Of a DNA stretch of 64,000 bases, positions 9,235-19,212 are shown in pieces. The stretch spans positions 100-64,099 of the forward strand of contig JBEKLO010000012.1 of the NCBI GenBank assembly GCA_050010155.1, read 5' to 3'. The notes below the pieces were generated by a model, which was given only the letters and a program-made list of their open reading frames with translations, was not told the DNA's origin and searched no databases. Position 1 is the stretch's first letter. Each line of letters begins with the position of its first letter. The position numbers and the translations under genes are program-made. The DNA comes from Terriglobales bacterium. Lineage in GTDB: Bacteria; Acidobacteriota; Terriglobia; Terriglobales; Acidobacteriaceae.

Positions 9235-10002
9235 ATGAAAACTCTGTTGACAGTACTTTGCCTCGCCGGAGCGCTCTGCTTCGCCCAGCAAGATTCGTCG
9301 CAAGACATGAAGGGCATGAACATGCCCGGACACGATATGTCGCAAATGTCGGCGCAAGATTCCAAGGAAGACCCGGACGCCAGCATGGCCGCCATGCACT
9401 CCATGGAAGGTCATCACATGGACATGGGTCCGCACATGAAAATGACGGCCCTCCGCACACCGCAACCGGGCGATTCCGAAAAGGCCCAGAAAGTCGTGGA
9501 AGTAGCGCGTGGCGTCATGGAAAAATACAAGGATTACAACGTCGCACTCAACGACGATTTCAAGATCTTCCTCCCCAGAGTGCCGCAAAAGATATATCAC
9601 TTCACCAGTCGCCGCTACGCGATCGAAGCGGAATTCAAATTCAATCCTGAGCATCCCACTTCGCTGCTCTACGAAAAAGTTGGTGAGGGCTATCACCTGG
9701 TAGGCCTGATGTACACGGCTCCCAAGCGCTTTACTGAAGACGATCTGAACGAGCGCATTCCCCTGAGCATTGCGCAATGGCATGAGCACGTGAATTTCTG
9801 CCGTGCACCCGCAGGCCGCAGGCTAGAAGCGCTGGCACCGCACCCGAAGTTTGGACTGAGGGGATCGATCACCACGAAAGAAGAATGCGATGCCAACGGC
9901 GGAGAATTTCTCCCCATCGTCTTCAACTGGATGGTGCATCTGTATCCGCTCGAGAAAGACTCGGCGCAAGTCTGGTCGGTCGACCGGCAGCACGCGGACT
10001 AA
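9235..10002 (+). CDS. Secreted hypothetical protein with a Met/His-rich N-terminal region
   Basis: GGAGG upstream of ATG 9235. Signal peptide MKTLLTVLCLAGALCFAQ, followed by about 55 residues rich in M/H/D (MKGMNMPGHDM...MEGHHMDMGPHMKM). Confidence 0.65.
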   Translation: MKTLLTVLCLAGALCFAQQDSSQDMKGMNMPGHDMSQMSAQDSKEDPDASMAAMHSMEGHHMDMGPHMKMTALRTPQPGDSEKAQKVVEVARGVMEKYKDYNVALNDDFKIFLPRVPQKIYHFTSRRYAIEAEFKFNPEHPTSLLYEKVGEGYHLVGLMYTAPKRFTEDDLNERIPLSIAQWHEHVNFCRAPAGRRLEALAPHPKFGLRGSITTKEECDANGGEFLPIVFNWMVHLYPLEKDSAQVWSVDRQHAD

Positions 10003-10121
10003 GACATCGGGCGATCGGGTCATTGGCTCGTCGAAGGTCAACCGCCTTTGATCTTCGATGGCCAGATTCCCGACGCTTTGCCTCACTCTGATATTCTGAA
10101 TTTTTCCCGCTCTCCACTCCC

Positions 10122-11078
10122 ATGAGCACTGCTGCGCCTGCAAGCCGATGGAAGATCATTGTTGCCTTCGGGCTGGTGTACGTCTTCTGGGGTTCGACGT
10201 ATCTGGGTATCGGCATCGCGGTCGAGCAGATTCCCCCCGCCGTCATGTGTGCCGCGCGTTTCCTGATCGCCGGCACAGTCATGCTTGCGTACTGCGCGAT
10301 AACCGGACGCCGCATTCGTTTTTCAGCGCGGCAACTCGCCCACTTTGCGGCGGTCGGCATTCTGCTACTGATGGGGGGCAACCTCACGCTTTCGTACGCG
10401 GAGAAGATCGTTCCCACCGGCTTGGCGGCGCTGCTGGTTGCGGTGACGCCACTCTGGTTCCTGGTGCTCGACAGCCTGTTGCTGGGCGACCATCACATCT
10501 CGCGGCGCGGCAAAATCGGCTTGGCAATCGGCATCGCCGGTGTGGTCGTGTTGATCTGGCCCGATCTTCGCCACAATAACTCTCTCGGCCACCGCGAACT
10601 CTTGTGGTCGCTGGCATTGCCGGTCGGGTCGTTCAGTTGGGCGCTCGGTTCGGTGCTCTCAAAAAAATGGCAAACCGTAGCAACCGATCCGTTCGGTGTG
10701 ATCGCATGGCAAATGGTCTTCGCAGGAGTCGCAAACTTGATTTTCGCGCTGCTCGTCGAGAGGAATGCTCAGATAATCTGGAGCTTCAGCGGAGTGGCTG
10801 CAATTCTGTATTTGGTCGTGTGCGGTTCCTGGATCGGCTACACCGCCTACATCTGGCTGCTGCAGCACGTTCCGACTTCGAAGGTTTCTACGTACGCCTA
10901 CGTCAATCCCGTGGTCGCGGTGTTTCTGGGCTGGCTGATTCTGCACGAACGCATCGACCGATACATCGCCATGGGAAGCGCGATCATCGTGGCGTCCGTA
11001 GTGCTGGTGACAAGCGCAAAGGTCTCAACTCGGACGGCGGCGGAGGAACTTCCCGCGGTCGAAGCTGCCGGAGATTGA
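10122..11078 (+). CDS. EamA/DMT-family transporter
   Basis: About 10 hydrophobic segments in two EamA-like halves (FGLVYVFWGSTY...). Confidence 0.85.
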   Translation: MSTAAPASRWKIIVAFGLVYVFWGSTYLGIGIAVEQIPPAVMCAARFLIAGTVMLAYCAITGRRIRFSARQLAHFAAVGILLLMGGNLTLSYAEKIVPTGLAALLVAVTPLWFLVLDSLLLGDHHISRRGKIGLAIGIAGVVVLIWPDLRHNNSLGHRELLWSLALPVGSFSWALGSVLSKKWQTVATDPFGVIAWQMVFAGVANLIFALLVERNAQIIWSFSGVAAILYLVVCGSWIGYTAYIWLLQHVPTSKVSTYAYVNPVVAVFLGWLILHERIDRYIAMGSAIIVASVVLVTSAKVSTRTAAEELPAVEAAGD

Positions 11079-11120
11079 AACCCGGCTTCCCCGTGTTCTT
11101 CTGTGCGCGTGCGGTGATGG

Positions 11121-11813
11121 CTAATCATCTGGTTCTTCGGCGTCGTTGACTACGTCGATAACGCGGCTGCGGATGGAGAAGACCAGCTTCTGCCCGTCGC
11201 CGGGCTGAAAGGTAACGCGCATCGGCGTGCGCTCCCAGACTGGCGCTGGACACTCCGAGTCGGGATCGTCGTCTCCGCCAGCCTCGCCGGCATCCTTTTT
11301 CAGGATCGGCTTGCGCCGCCCCACCTGGGCGACGACCGCGTAGAGTTTCTTGCCATCTTCGGAGACGCCGCAGTAGGCGATGTAGTCGCGATACCAGCTC
11401 GCCGTCGAATAGAAGGGATCGAACTCGGGCAGGTTGAGCTGCGAAACGTGTCCGGTGAGTCGGTCCACGAGCAGCCAGCCGCCGCGTTGCCACAACCAGC
11501 GCGGAGCGCTCGAATTGGAACCGGCGTTTTCCGTAGGCAGCGCGTCATTGACACGAAATGCGCGCCGAACCATGAATAGCCGGTCGGTGATTTCATGCGG
11601 AGTTCCGGTGGTGTACTCCTTGAGCCGCGTGTCCACAAATAACGGACGCACCTTCAGATCGAGCAGCTTCTGTCCCGTTGCGTTGGGCCATTTCGCGGAA
11701 ACCCATTTTCCAAAACCGATAACGTGCGGCTTCGGAACGGCAGCGCATTCGCTCCCGGCGACACAAAGCGCGATAACCGCCATGACAAAAACTGTCAAAA
11801 TTTTCCACAACAT
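11121..11813 (-). CDS. Secreted hypothetical protein
   Basis: 230-aa ORF with an N-terminal hydrophobic signal (MLWKILTVFVMAVIALCVAGS). No recognisable motif. Confidence 0.6.
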   Translation of the reverse strand: MLWKILTVFVMAVIALCVAGSECAAVPKPHVIGFGKWVSAKWPNATGQKLLDLKVRPLFVDTRLKEYTTGTPHEITDRLFMVRRAFRVNDALPTENAGSNSSAPRWLWQRGGWLLVDRLTGHVSQLNLPEFDPFYSTASWYRDYIAYCGVSEDGKKLYAVVAQVGRRKPILKKDAGEAGGDDDPDSECPAPVWERTPMRVTFQPGDGQKLVFSIRSRVIDVVNDAEEPDD

Positions 11814-11970
11814 AATGATGAAAGCCTGGCACGCTCGCGGATCGCATGGCTAGGACGCTTGAACACCGAAAATGTTCGGTTTCGGTGGCGCTTTTCCTGA
11901 ACCCGGAGGCTTGAGACCTGCCAACCCTGTCGCACTGGCGCAGTTGCCGTAGCTGTGGGAGACTGGGATC

Positions 11971-13017
11971 ATGAGTCTTCCGCCAGGACCCCGACGGACA
12001 ACCCTTCCTTCGGATTCGAACTCTTACGGCGATATGGCCGATCTCTGGTCAGGACGCCGCAAGCAGTCGATTCTGGTGGTGGACGATAGCGCGATGAATG
12101 CGGCGCTGATGAAAGAGATGCTGGTCAGCCGTGGCTATCCCACGGTTGCAGTCCAGAATGCGGCGGATGCGGAGGCGGAGATCCGGCGCGAAGCACCCGA
12201 CCTGATTCTGCTCGACGTCGTCATGCCCGGCAAAAGCGGCTACGAACTCTGCCGCGAACTCAAAGCGGATGCGAAGACCCGCTTGATTCCGATTGTGATG
12301 ATCACCGGCCTGAGCGATCGCGAAGACCGCTTGCAGGGAATTGAAGCGGGCGCCGACGATTTTCTGATCAAGCCGATCTATTCCGAGGAACTATTCGCGC
12401 GGGTCAATTCGCTGCTGAAGCTGAAGGAGTTTACCGACGAACTGGAGACGGCGGATTCCGTGCTCTGCACCCTAGGTCTGAGCGTGGAGGCTCGCGACCC
12501 ATACACCGAAGGCCACTGTGAGAGGCTGGCGCGGGACGCCGTGGATCTTGGGCGCTTTCTTGGCGTAGACGAGGAATCGATTGTAGCCCTGCGCAGAGGT
12601 GGCTACCTGCACGACCTGGGAAAGATCAAAGTGCCTGATGAGATCCTTAAAAAGGGCAGCGACCTGACGCCGGCGGAGTGGGAGATTATGAAGCAACACC
12701 CGGTCACTGGCGAAGCGATTTGCCGGCCCTTGCGGTCGTTGCGGCTTGTGCTCCCGATCATTCGACATCATCACGAGCACTCCGACGGCAGCGGCTATCC
12801 GGATGGGCTTCGCGATGGCGACATCCCCCTTCTGCCGCGCATTCTGCAGGTCGTCGACATCTATGATGCGTTGCGCACTGCGCGTCCGTATAAGCCGGCG
12901 CTCGGCCACGAGCAGACTGCGCTTACCATGCGTGCCGAGGCGCAAAGCGGACTCTGGGACCAGGAATTGGTCGCCGAGTTCTTCCGCATGCTCGACGAAC
13001 GCCGGAAAGTGGCATGA
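11971..13017 (+). CDS. Response regulator with HD-GYP domain (c-di-GMP phosphodiesterase type)
   Basis: Canonical receiver (VVDDS, LILLDVVMPG, GADDFLIKP) followed by HD...HHHEHSDGSGYPDGL (HD-GYP). An alternative start at ATG 12034 is possible. Confidence 0.88.
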   Translation: MSLPPGPRRTTLPSDSNSYGDMADLWSGRRKQSILVVDDSAMNAALMKEMLVSRGYPTVAVQNAADAEAEIRREAPDLILLDVVMPGKSGYELCRELKADAKTRLIPIVMITGLSDREDRLQGIEAGADDFLIKPIYSEELFARVNSLLKLKEFTDELETADSVLCTLGLSVEARDPYTEGHCERLARDAVDLGRFLGVDEESIVALRRGGYLHDLGKIKVPDEILKKGSDLTPAEWEIMKQHPVTGEAICRPLRSLRLVLPIIRHHHEHSDGSGYPDGLRDGDIPLLPRILQVVDIYDALRTARPYKPALGHEQTALTMRAEAQSGLWDQELVAEFFRMLDERRKVA

Positions 13018-13031
13018 ATCTTTGAGTCACC

Positions 13032-13076
13032 GAGTCATTGACAAAATGATTCAATGATTCAATCATTCAATGACTC
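13032..13076. repeat. 9-bp inverted repeat enclosing three tandem 8-mers and overlapping the GT2 start codon
   Basis: GAGTCATTG (13032-13040) pairs with CAATGACTC (13068-13076). Between the arms lie TGATTCAA, TGATTCAA and TCATTCAA. The right arm contains ATG 13070. Confidence 0.7.
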
Positions 13077-13825
13077 TGACCTACACCTTCGTCATCCCCG
13101 CCTACAACGAAAGCGTACGCCTCCGGCCGACGCTCGATGCGCTTCTCCGCTATACCCAGGAACAAAAGTGGGATGCTGAAATTCTCGTCGTAAACGACGG
13201 CTCGACCGACAATACCGCGCAAATCGTGCGTGAATATAACCAGTCCCATCCGCAGATTCTGCTGCTGGAAAATCCCGGGAACCGTGGCAAAGGTTACAGC
13301 GTGCGCAATGGGATGCTGCACGCGCGCGGCGACATTTGCCTGTTCACGGATGCCGATCTTTCTTCGCCGATCGAGGAGGCGGAAAAGCTGTTTGACGCCA
13401 TCGGTCGCGGCGCCGACATCGCCATTGGATCGCGCTGGCTGCGGGTAGAACTGCAGACCGAGCGCCAGCCGCTCTACCGCCAGCTGTTTGGACGCATCTT
13501 CAATCTCGCGCTACGGGTGATTCTGGGCTTGCGTTTCGCCGACACGCAATGCGGATTCAAAGCCTTTCGGCGAGAGGCCGCGCAACGCATCTTTCCGCTG
13601 CAGAAAATTGAACGCTGGGGCTGGGATCCGGAGATTCTGTTTCTGGCGCGACGGGCGGGCTTGCGGGTGGAAGAAGTCCCTGTACTTTGGGCGCACAGCG
13701 AAGGAACGCGATTGCATCCTTTGCGCGACGGACTAAAAATGTTCCTGGAAGTTTTGCGCATCCGCTGGTACGCAGTGGCTGGGGATTACACCGCGGCCAC
13801 GGTGCCGTCTCCCGGAAAATTGTAA
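13070..13825 (+). CDS. Family 2 glycosyltransferase (dolichyl/polyprenyl-phosphate glycosyltransferase-like)
   Basis: VIPAYNE...VVNDGSTD...DADL motifs of the GT2 family. Confidence 0.85.
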   Translation: MTLTYTFVIPAYNESVRLRPTLDALLRYTQEQKWDAEILVVNDGSTDNTAQIVREYNQSHPQILLLENPGNRGKGYSVRNGMLHARGDICLFTDADLSSPIEEAEKLFDAIGRGADIAIGSRWLRVELQTERQPLYRQLFGRIFNLALRVILGLRFADTQCGFKAFRREAAQRIFPLQKIERWGWDPEILFLARRAGLRVEEVPVLWAHSEGTRLHPLRDGLKMFLEVLRIRWYAVAGDYTAATVPSPGKL

Positions 13826-13864
13826 AATTAGACAACTGCTTGTAAGCAGGACGGGCTGGGTAGG

Positions 13865-14968
13865 CTAGGAGGCGACCCGATCGCTACCGCCCGCGGCCAG
13901 ACGCACGAACAATGCGATCTGGGCGCCCATTTCTTCGGTGGAGACGGTGCGCTCATCGGAGCGCGCCAAATCCCGCGTGCGGAAGCCTCCCCCCAAAATC
14001 GCGCTGACGCCAGCCTCTACGCACTGCGCTTCCTTGGACAAATGAAAAGTATGCCGTAGCATCAAGGCCACCGACAGGATGGCGCCGAGCGGATTGGCGA
14101 TGCCCTTTCCGGCGATGTCGGGAGCCGAGCCGTGAACCGGTTCGTAGAGACCGACGGGCCCTCCGATGCTTGCTGAAGCCAGCAGGCCCAGTGATCCCAC
14201 GACGCCACCGGCCTGATCTGACAGGATGTCTCCGAACATGTTTTCTGTGAGGATGACGTCGAACTCGGTGGGCTTCAGAACCAGCGCCATGGCGGCCGAG
14301 TCCACGTACATGTGAGAGAGATGGACATCGGAAAAATCGCGACCGACGCGAGTTACCACTTCGCGCCACAAACGCGAGCACTCCAGAACATTGGCCTTGT
14401 CGACGGAAAGCACGCGCCGACGCCGGAATCGGGCTAGTTGAAATGCGACCCGGGCAATGCGTTCAATCTCCGGCTCACTGTAGCGCATCGTGTTTACCGC
14501 CTGGCGGAGGCTTGCGTCGCCCGCAATCGAACGGGGCTCACCGAAATACAGTCCACCGAGGAGTTCGCGCACGATCAGAATGTCGGTTCCCTTGACGATT
14601 TCTTCGCGCAGCGGCGAGCAGTCAGCCAGCATCGGATAAAAAACAGCGGGACGCAGATTGGCGAACGCCCCGAGTTCCTGGCGCAGGCGCAACAATCCGG
14701 CCTCGGGACGAAGTTCGCGAGGATTTTGGTCGAAGGCAGGATTGCCGACGGCTCCGAGCAGCACGGCGTGTGAGGCGAGACAGGCCTGAAGGGTCCCGTC
14801 CGGCAACGGGTTGCCAAACTTTTCCAGTGCTACACCGCCGATTTCCTTCTCGTCGAGTTCCAGGTCGTGGCCAAAACCGTCGGCCACTTCTTCCAGAACA
14901 CAAATGGCTTGGGACGTAACCTCAGAACCAATTCCGTCGCCGGGAAGTGAAGTGACGCGGAGTTGCAT
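13865..14968 (-). CDS. leuB: 3-isopropylmalate dehydrogenase
   Basis: [11 protein letters not shown]-terminus, NLRP and [10 protein letters not shown] signatures. Confidence 0.95.
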   Translation of the reverse strand: MQLRVTSLPGDGIGSEVTSQAICVLEEVADGFGHDLELDEKEIGGVALEKFGNPLPDGTLQACLASHAVLLGAVGNPAFDQNPRELRPEAGLLRLRQELGAFANLRPAVFYPMLADCSPLREEIVKGTDILIVRELLGGLYFGEPRSIAGDASLRQAVNTMRYSEPEIERIARVAFQLARFRRRRVLSVDKANVLECSRLWREVVTRVGRDFSDVHLSHMYVDSAAMALVLKPTEFDVILTENMFGDILSDQAGGVVGSLGLLASASIGGPVGLYEPVHGSAPDIAGKGIANPLGAILSVALMLRHTFHLSKEAQCVEAGVSAILGGGFRTRDLARSDERTVSTEEMGAQIALFVRLAAGGSDRVAS

Positions 14969-15088
14969 GAAGCCCTCGTTTCGTTTCCGAAAGCATATAC
15001 GAGGACAAGCCGCTACAGTAAACCGTTTTAGCTGTTTTACATTGCGTTAATTAGGAGGCGACGGGTGTGACCGCCGGGCACTCAAAAA

Positions 15089-16498
15089 TCAAACGCCCCA
15101 GAGATAGTCTTCCTGCTCGCCGTGATGATCGGCAAGGGGAGTGCGTCCGAACCAATTAGAAGGCGGCGGAGAACCGGGTCGGCCTTCGGCTTGGCCATTG
15201 CTTCCGGCTCCCTGAACGATACGCGATTCGCTGGAATTCGCACCGGCCGCGGCGGAGGCAGCACGCGGCAGCGACAACGTGGCCGTGGCGAGCGGCAACT
15301 TCTTGTCCGGACCTTTGGCAGCTTCCGGGTTGCCGACACCGCCTCTTTTGAAATTCTCGATCAACTCCAGCAAATGGCTGTCCTGCACCGTCTTGATGCG
15401 ATCGGCAAGAACTACGAAGCTGCGATAGATCTCATCCAGTTCGCGGCGCTCAAATTGATGTCCTAGTTGTTCGCACCGCAGAGCTAGCGCGTGGCGACCG
15501 GAGTGCTTGCCCAGCACCAGCCGTGAATCAGGCACGCCCACCGATTGCGGCGTCATAATTTCGTAGGTCAGCGGGTTTTTAAGCATCCCATCCTGATGAA
15601 TTCCGGCCTCGTGCGCAAACGCATTGCGGCCGGTGATGGCCTTATTCGGTTGCACCGGAACGCGCGTGATCTCCGCCAAAACCTGGCTCGAAGCGTGCAG
15701 TTGCTCGCTGGTGACGCCGGTCTCATAGGGATACCGGTCGCGGCGTACTCGCATGGCCATGACGATTTCTTCCAGGGAGGCGTTGCCGGCACGCTCGCCG
15801 ATCCCATTGATCGTGCACTCCACCTGCCTCGCGCCGTTTTGCACTCCCGCGAGCGAGTTCGCCACCGCCAGGCCGAGATCGTTGTGGCAATGCGTGGAGA
15901 TCGTTACTTTTTCGATACCGGACACATTCTCCTGTAATGCCCGGATGAGTTGCCCGTACTCCTCCGGCATGGTGTAGCCGACCGTGTCCGGAATGTTGAC
16001 GGTAGTGGCACCCGCCGCGATCACTGCTTCGACAACACGGCACAGAAACGGCACGTCAGTGCGAGTGGCATCTTCGGGAGAAAATTCGACGTCAGCGCAT
16101 AAAGACTTTGCATGCCGAACCGCGGCCCGGGCCTGCTCCACGCACTGCTCCCGTGTGATGCGCAGCTTGTATTGCAAATGAATGTCAGAGGTAGCCAGAA
16201 AAACATGGATGCGCGGACGCGCCGCTCCCTGCAATGCCTGCCAAGCGCGGTCCACGTCGCCGGCGCAGGCGCGAGCCAGGCCTGCGATGATGGGGCGCCG
16301 TACTGTAGCGGCGATGCGCTGTACGGCCTCAAAGTCGCCATCCGAGGCGATCGGGAAACCGGCCTCGATTATGTCCACACCGAGGCGGTCGAGTTGCTGG
16401 GCGAGGTGCAGCTTTTCCTGCACATTCATACTGCAGCCCGGCGACTGCTCGCCGTCACGAAGTGTGGTGTCGAAGATGGTGATCCGCGGCCGATCCAT
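15089..16498 (-). CDS. leuA: 2-isopropylmalate synthase-family enzyme (HMGL-like core) lacking a recognisable LeuA regulatory domain
   Basis: [24 protein letters not shown] and [13 protein letters not shown] motifs. The last 85 aa or so are a low-complexity Ala/Gly/Pro/Ser tail rather than the LeuA_dimer domain. Confidence 0.85.
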   Translation of the reverse strand: MDRPRITIFDTTLRDGEQSPGCSMNVQEKLHLAQQLDRLGVDIIEAGFPIASDGDFEAVQRIAATVRRPIIAGLARACAGDVDRAWQALQGAARPRIHVFLATSDIHLQYKLRITREQCVEQARAAVRHAKSLCADVEFSPEDATRTDVPFLCRVVEAVIAAGATTVNIPDTVGYTMPEEYGQLIRALQENVSGIEKVTISTHCHNDLGLAVANSLAGVQNGARQVECTINGIGERAGNASLEEIVMAMRVRRDRYPYETGVTSEQLHASSQVLAEITRVPVQPNKAITGRNAFAHEAGIHQDGMLKNPLTYEIMTPQSVGVPDSRLVLGKHSGRHALALRCEQLGHQFERRELDEIYRSFVVLADRIKTVQDSHLLELIENFKRGGVGNPEAAKGPDKKLPLATATLSLPRAASAAAGANSSESRIVQGAGSNGQAEGRPGSPPPSNWFGRTPLADHHGEQEDYLWGV

Positions 16499-16687
16499 GA
16501 ATTTCGTACCTCCGAAAAAAATGTGGGTGTCGTAACTCTAGCGGCGGAGGGGGACAAAAGAAAAGATTATTATAGTAACAATAGCATTAGCATTGCTGAT
16601 AGTATTAGAATAACTTATGCAACATGTGTAATCGATCAAACTCGTCAACGCAATCTGGTTTTGAGTCAGGACTTGAGAACGGACTCT

Positions 16688-17605
16688 ATGGACCTCTCGC
16701 AACTGGAAGTCTTCCTAACCGTAGCCCGGGAACACCGCTTTTCGCGGGCCGCTGAAAAGCTGTTTCGCACTCAATCGGCGGTCAGCCAAACCATCCGAAA
16801 ACTGGAACTGGATATCGGCGAGCCGCTCTTCGACCGTTCTTCGCGGGAGGGCGTGCTCACCGATGCTGGACGCGTTCTGCAGGAATACGCGGAGAAGTTG
16901 CTGAACCTGCGATTGGACGCGCAGACCGCTCTGGTCGAAATGCGTGAACTGCAGAAGGGCAAGCTTGCCATTGCCGCCAACGAATTTACGGCGCTGTACC
17001 TGCTGCCTGTTTTGGGCGAGTTTCGCAGCCTGCATCCCGCCATTAAGATCACGGTCCGGCGCTCGCTCGGCTCTCAGATTCCCGACGACGTGCTCAAACA
17101 CAATGTGGAGCTCGGCATACTTTCGTATGATCCGCAGGAGCCGCAGTTGCGCTCGGCCGTGGTTTATCTCGACGAGTTGGCGTTGGTTGTTCCTCCCGGA
17201 CACCCCCTGGCTTCGGCGGGCGAAGTCAGTATTCGGCAACTTGGGGCGGAGTCATTCGTCGCCCACATCGTAGCGTCTCCCTATCGCGATAAAGTGATCG
17301 AGGCGTTCCGGCGCCATAAAACTCCCCTGCATATGGACGTGGAACTGCCCACGCTGCAAGCGATCAAGCGTTTCGTGTGCATGGGAAAGGGTGTGGCCCT
17401 GGTGCCGGAGATCAGCGTCGAAAGCGAGATCGCCCGTGGAGAACTGGTGCGGGTTCCAGTGCGCGATCTGCATTTTCAGCGCAAGCTGCGCCTTGTCTAC
17501 CGCCAGGAATCGACGTTATCACACGCCGGCAGAGCGTTTTTGAAAGTAGCGGAGCAGGTGGCAAAAGACCGAGGCGGCCGCTATCGGTTCCAGCGCGAAA
17601 AGTAA
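16688..17605 (+). CDS. LysR-family transcriptional regulator, divergent from leuA
   Basis: HTH region LSQLEVFLTVAREHRFSRAAEKLFRTQSAVSQTIRKLE. Start set at ATG 16688 inside the long ORF 16112-17605. Confidence 0.9.
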   Translation: MDLSQLEVFLTVAREHRFSRAAEKLFRTQSAVSQTIRKLELDIGEPLFDRSSREGVLTDAGRVLQEYAEKLLNLRLDAQTALVEMRELQKGKLAIAANEFTALYLLPVLGEFRSLHPAIKITVRRSLGSQIPDDVLKHNVELGILSYDPQEPQLRSAVVYLDELALVVPPGHPLASAGEVSIRQLGAESFVAHIVASPYRDKVIEAFRRHKTPLHMDVELPTLQAIKRFVCMGKGVALVPEISVESEIARGELVRVPVRDLHFQRKLRLVYRQESTLSHAGRAFLKVAEQVAKDRGGRYRFQREK

Positions 17606-17635
17606 ACGCACGGACCAGTAAGTAGAGAGGAGCGC

Positions 17636-18079
17636 CTACGCGGAGTGTATTTCTTCCGAAACCATCGCTGCGATCGCCTCCGGAACGCTAGTGTACATAT
17701 CGAGAACCGAGACCAGATTCGTGATTTCGAACAGATGCCGAACCGGCCTTTTGGCGCTGGCAAACTTCAGCGAGTATCCAGACGCTTCCGCCCACATATG
17801 TGTGAGCACAAGTTCGCCCAAGCCCCCACTGTCGATGGCATCGATGCCCCCCAAATCCACCACCATGCGGTGAGCGGAAGGCAGCACCTCGGCCACGATT
17901 GTAGCGACGGCCCGAGCCTCACGATGAAAGATCACTCGCCCATGACAATGGAGCACTACCGCGCTCCCGCAATGCCCCGCTTCCAAGGTCAACTGGAACT
18001 TTTTTTCGATCTTCTTATCCGTTGCCGAGGACGCGCGCGCAATCGAAACACCCGGAGCGCTCGGGTTTTCGGAATTCAT
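17636..18079 (-). CDS. STAS-domain protein (anti-sigma-factor antagonist-like)
   Basis: VVDLGGIDAIDSGGLGELV... pattern typical of SpoIIAA/STAS proteins. Confidence 0.7.
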   Translation of the reverse strand: MNSENPSAPGVSIARASSATDKKIEKKFQLTLEAGHCGSAVVLHCHGRVIFHREARAVATIVAEVLPSAHRMVVDLGGIDAIDSGGLGELVLTHMWAEASGYSLKFASAKRPVRHLFEITNLVSVLDMYTSVPEAIAAMVSEEIHSA

Positions 18080-18213
18080 GACTAGACCTTAGTCGTATCT
18101 GGAGCGCGGTGGGTTGCACGGAGATGAAACTTTCGTGAATTTGACGGGCGGGGAACACCCGCCGAGTGAGGGACGCCGGCCGTCGTCCGTCCAAAGCAAT
18201 GACAGCTAGTGAT

Positions 18214-18615
18214 TCAATTCTTACGGCGAGACGAGTCCACGGCAGGAACAATCGGCCGCCGCAGAGGAACAATCGCGCCCTTGGACGGATCGGCGGCTGC
18301 CGAGGCCCGCGTCAGAACTTCCTTCTGGATGTACTGCACGAACTCCTGGATCTGCCGTTGCATTTCTTCCATGCGCTCGCGCATTTGCAGGATGATGGCC
18401 ATCCCGCTGATGTTGACGCCGAGATCGCGCGCCAGCGACAGGATGAACTCCAGTCGTTGCAAATCTTCGTCCGTATAGAGCCGGGTGTTGCCTTCGGTGC
18501 GGCTGGGCTTGAGCAGCCCTTCGCGCTCATAGAGGCGGAGCGTCTGCGGATGAATCTCATACATCTCGGCCACCGCCGAGATCATGTACGCGCCCTTGGA
18601 TTTACGCTTCGTCAT
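18214..18615 (-). CDS. hspR: MerR-family heat-shock repressor HspR
   Basis: ISAVAEMYEIHPQTLRLYEREGLLKPSRTEGNTRLYTDEDLQRLEFI... closely matches the HspR HTH signature (HPQTLR.Y.R.GL..P.RT). The start ATG overlaps the vapC stop (ATGA). Confidence 0.8.
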   Translation of the reverse strand: MTKRKSKGAYMISAVAEMYEIHPQTLRLYEREGLLKPSRTEGNTRLYTDEDLQRLEFILSLARDLGVNISGMAIILQMRERMEEMQRQIQEFVQYIQKEVLTRASAAADPSKGAIVPLRRPIVPAVDSSRRKN

Positions 18616-19004
18616 ATCTTCGAGTGCAGTTCCAGGCCCGTCATACGCGCAATCCGCACAAAGTCCCGATCGAGCGTAAAAACGCTGGCGCCATGTTCCA
18701 GCGCGATGGCTGCGATAAGCGTATCAATTGTGCTGGACGTGATACCTTTTCCTCGACCAGCGCGGTAAATGGCAGCCGCGCTCCGGTAAGTGTCAAATCC
18801 CTTGGGTTCCAGCATATCCCACTGTGTCAGGAAACGCTCTATCACGCTGGCATCGCGCGTCAAACCTTGCAAAACTTCGGCGACCACGATCCCGGTCAGA
18901 GCGAAAGGCTCACTCTCCTCAATCATTCGTTTCAGTTCAGCCCCTCCACGTCCCGGAGACGGACGAAAGAAATCGACCCAGACGGAGCTATCGACCAGGA
19001 TCAC
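18612..19004 (-). CDS. vapC: PIN-domain ribonuclease toxin VapC
   Basis: MILVDSSVWVDFF..., TIDTLIAAIA and TLDRDF acidic PIN residues. GTG start overlaps the vapB stop (GTGA). Confidence 0.85.
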   Translation of the reverse strand: MILVDSSVWVDFFRPSPGRGGAELKRMIEESEPFALTGIVVAEVLQGLTRDASVIERFLTQWDMLEPKGFDTYRSAAAIYRAGRGKGITSSTIDTLIAAIALEHGASVFTLDRDFVRIARMTGLELHSKI

Positions 19005-19201
19005 ACTCTATTTCTCCGTGAGGTCTTCAGATCGCCTTGCCAGATGCCGCTTCCGTAATACTTCAGGATTCCCTTGCGGCTTTCTGAACGCACCAGCAGG
19101 TCAAGTGCTCGGTCGACGATCTGCCGTTTGGTCCGAAGGCGGGTCAGCTTACGCGCCTTCCGGATCAGGCTCTCATCGATCACAATGTTGGTTCTGCCCA
19201 T
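19001..19201 (-). CDS. vapB: Type II antitoxin VapB (RHH/DUF2191-like)
   Basis: MGRTNIVIDESLIRKARKLT... is typical of small VapB antitoxins. It has a 4-nt overlap with vapC. Confidence 0.7.
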   Translation of the reverse strand: MGRTNIVIDESLIRKARKLTRLRTKRQIVDRALDLLVRSESRKGILKYYGSGIWQGDLKTSRRNRV

Positions 19202-19212
19202 GGGTACAATAT

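Noticed and set aside
16112-16687. N-terminal 192-codon extension of the LysR ORF
   Set aside because: The extension is antisense to leuA and runs through the AT-rich intergenic region. The LysR HTH begins right after ATG 16688, the normal position for this family.
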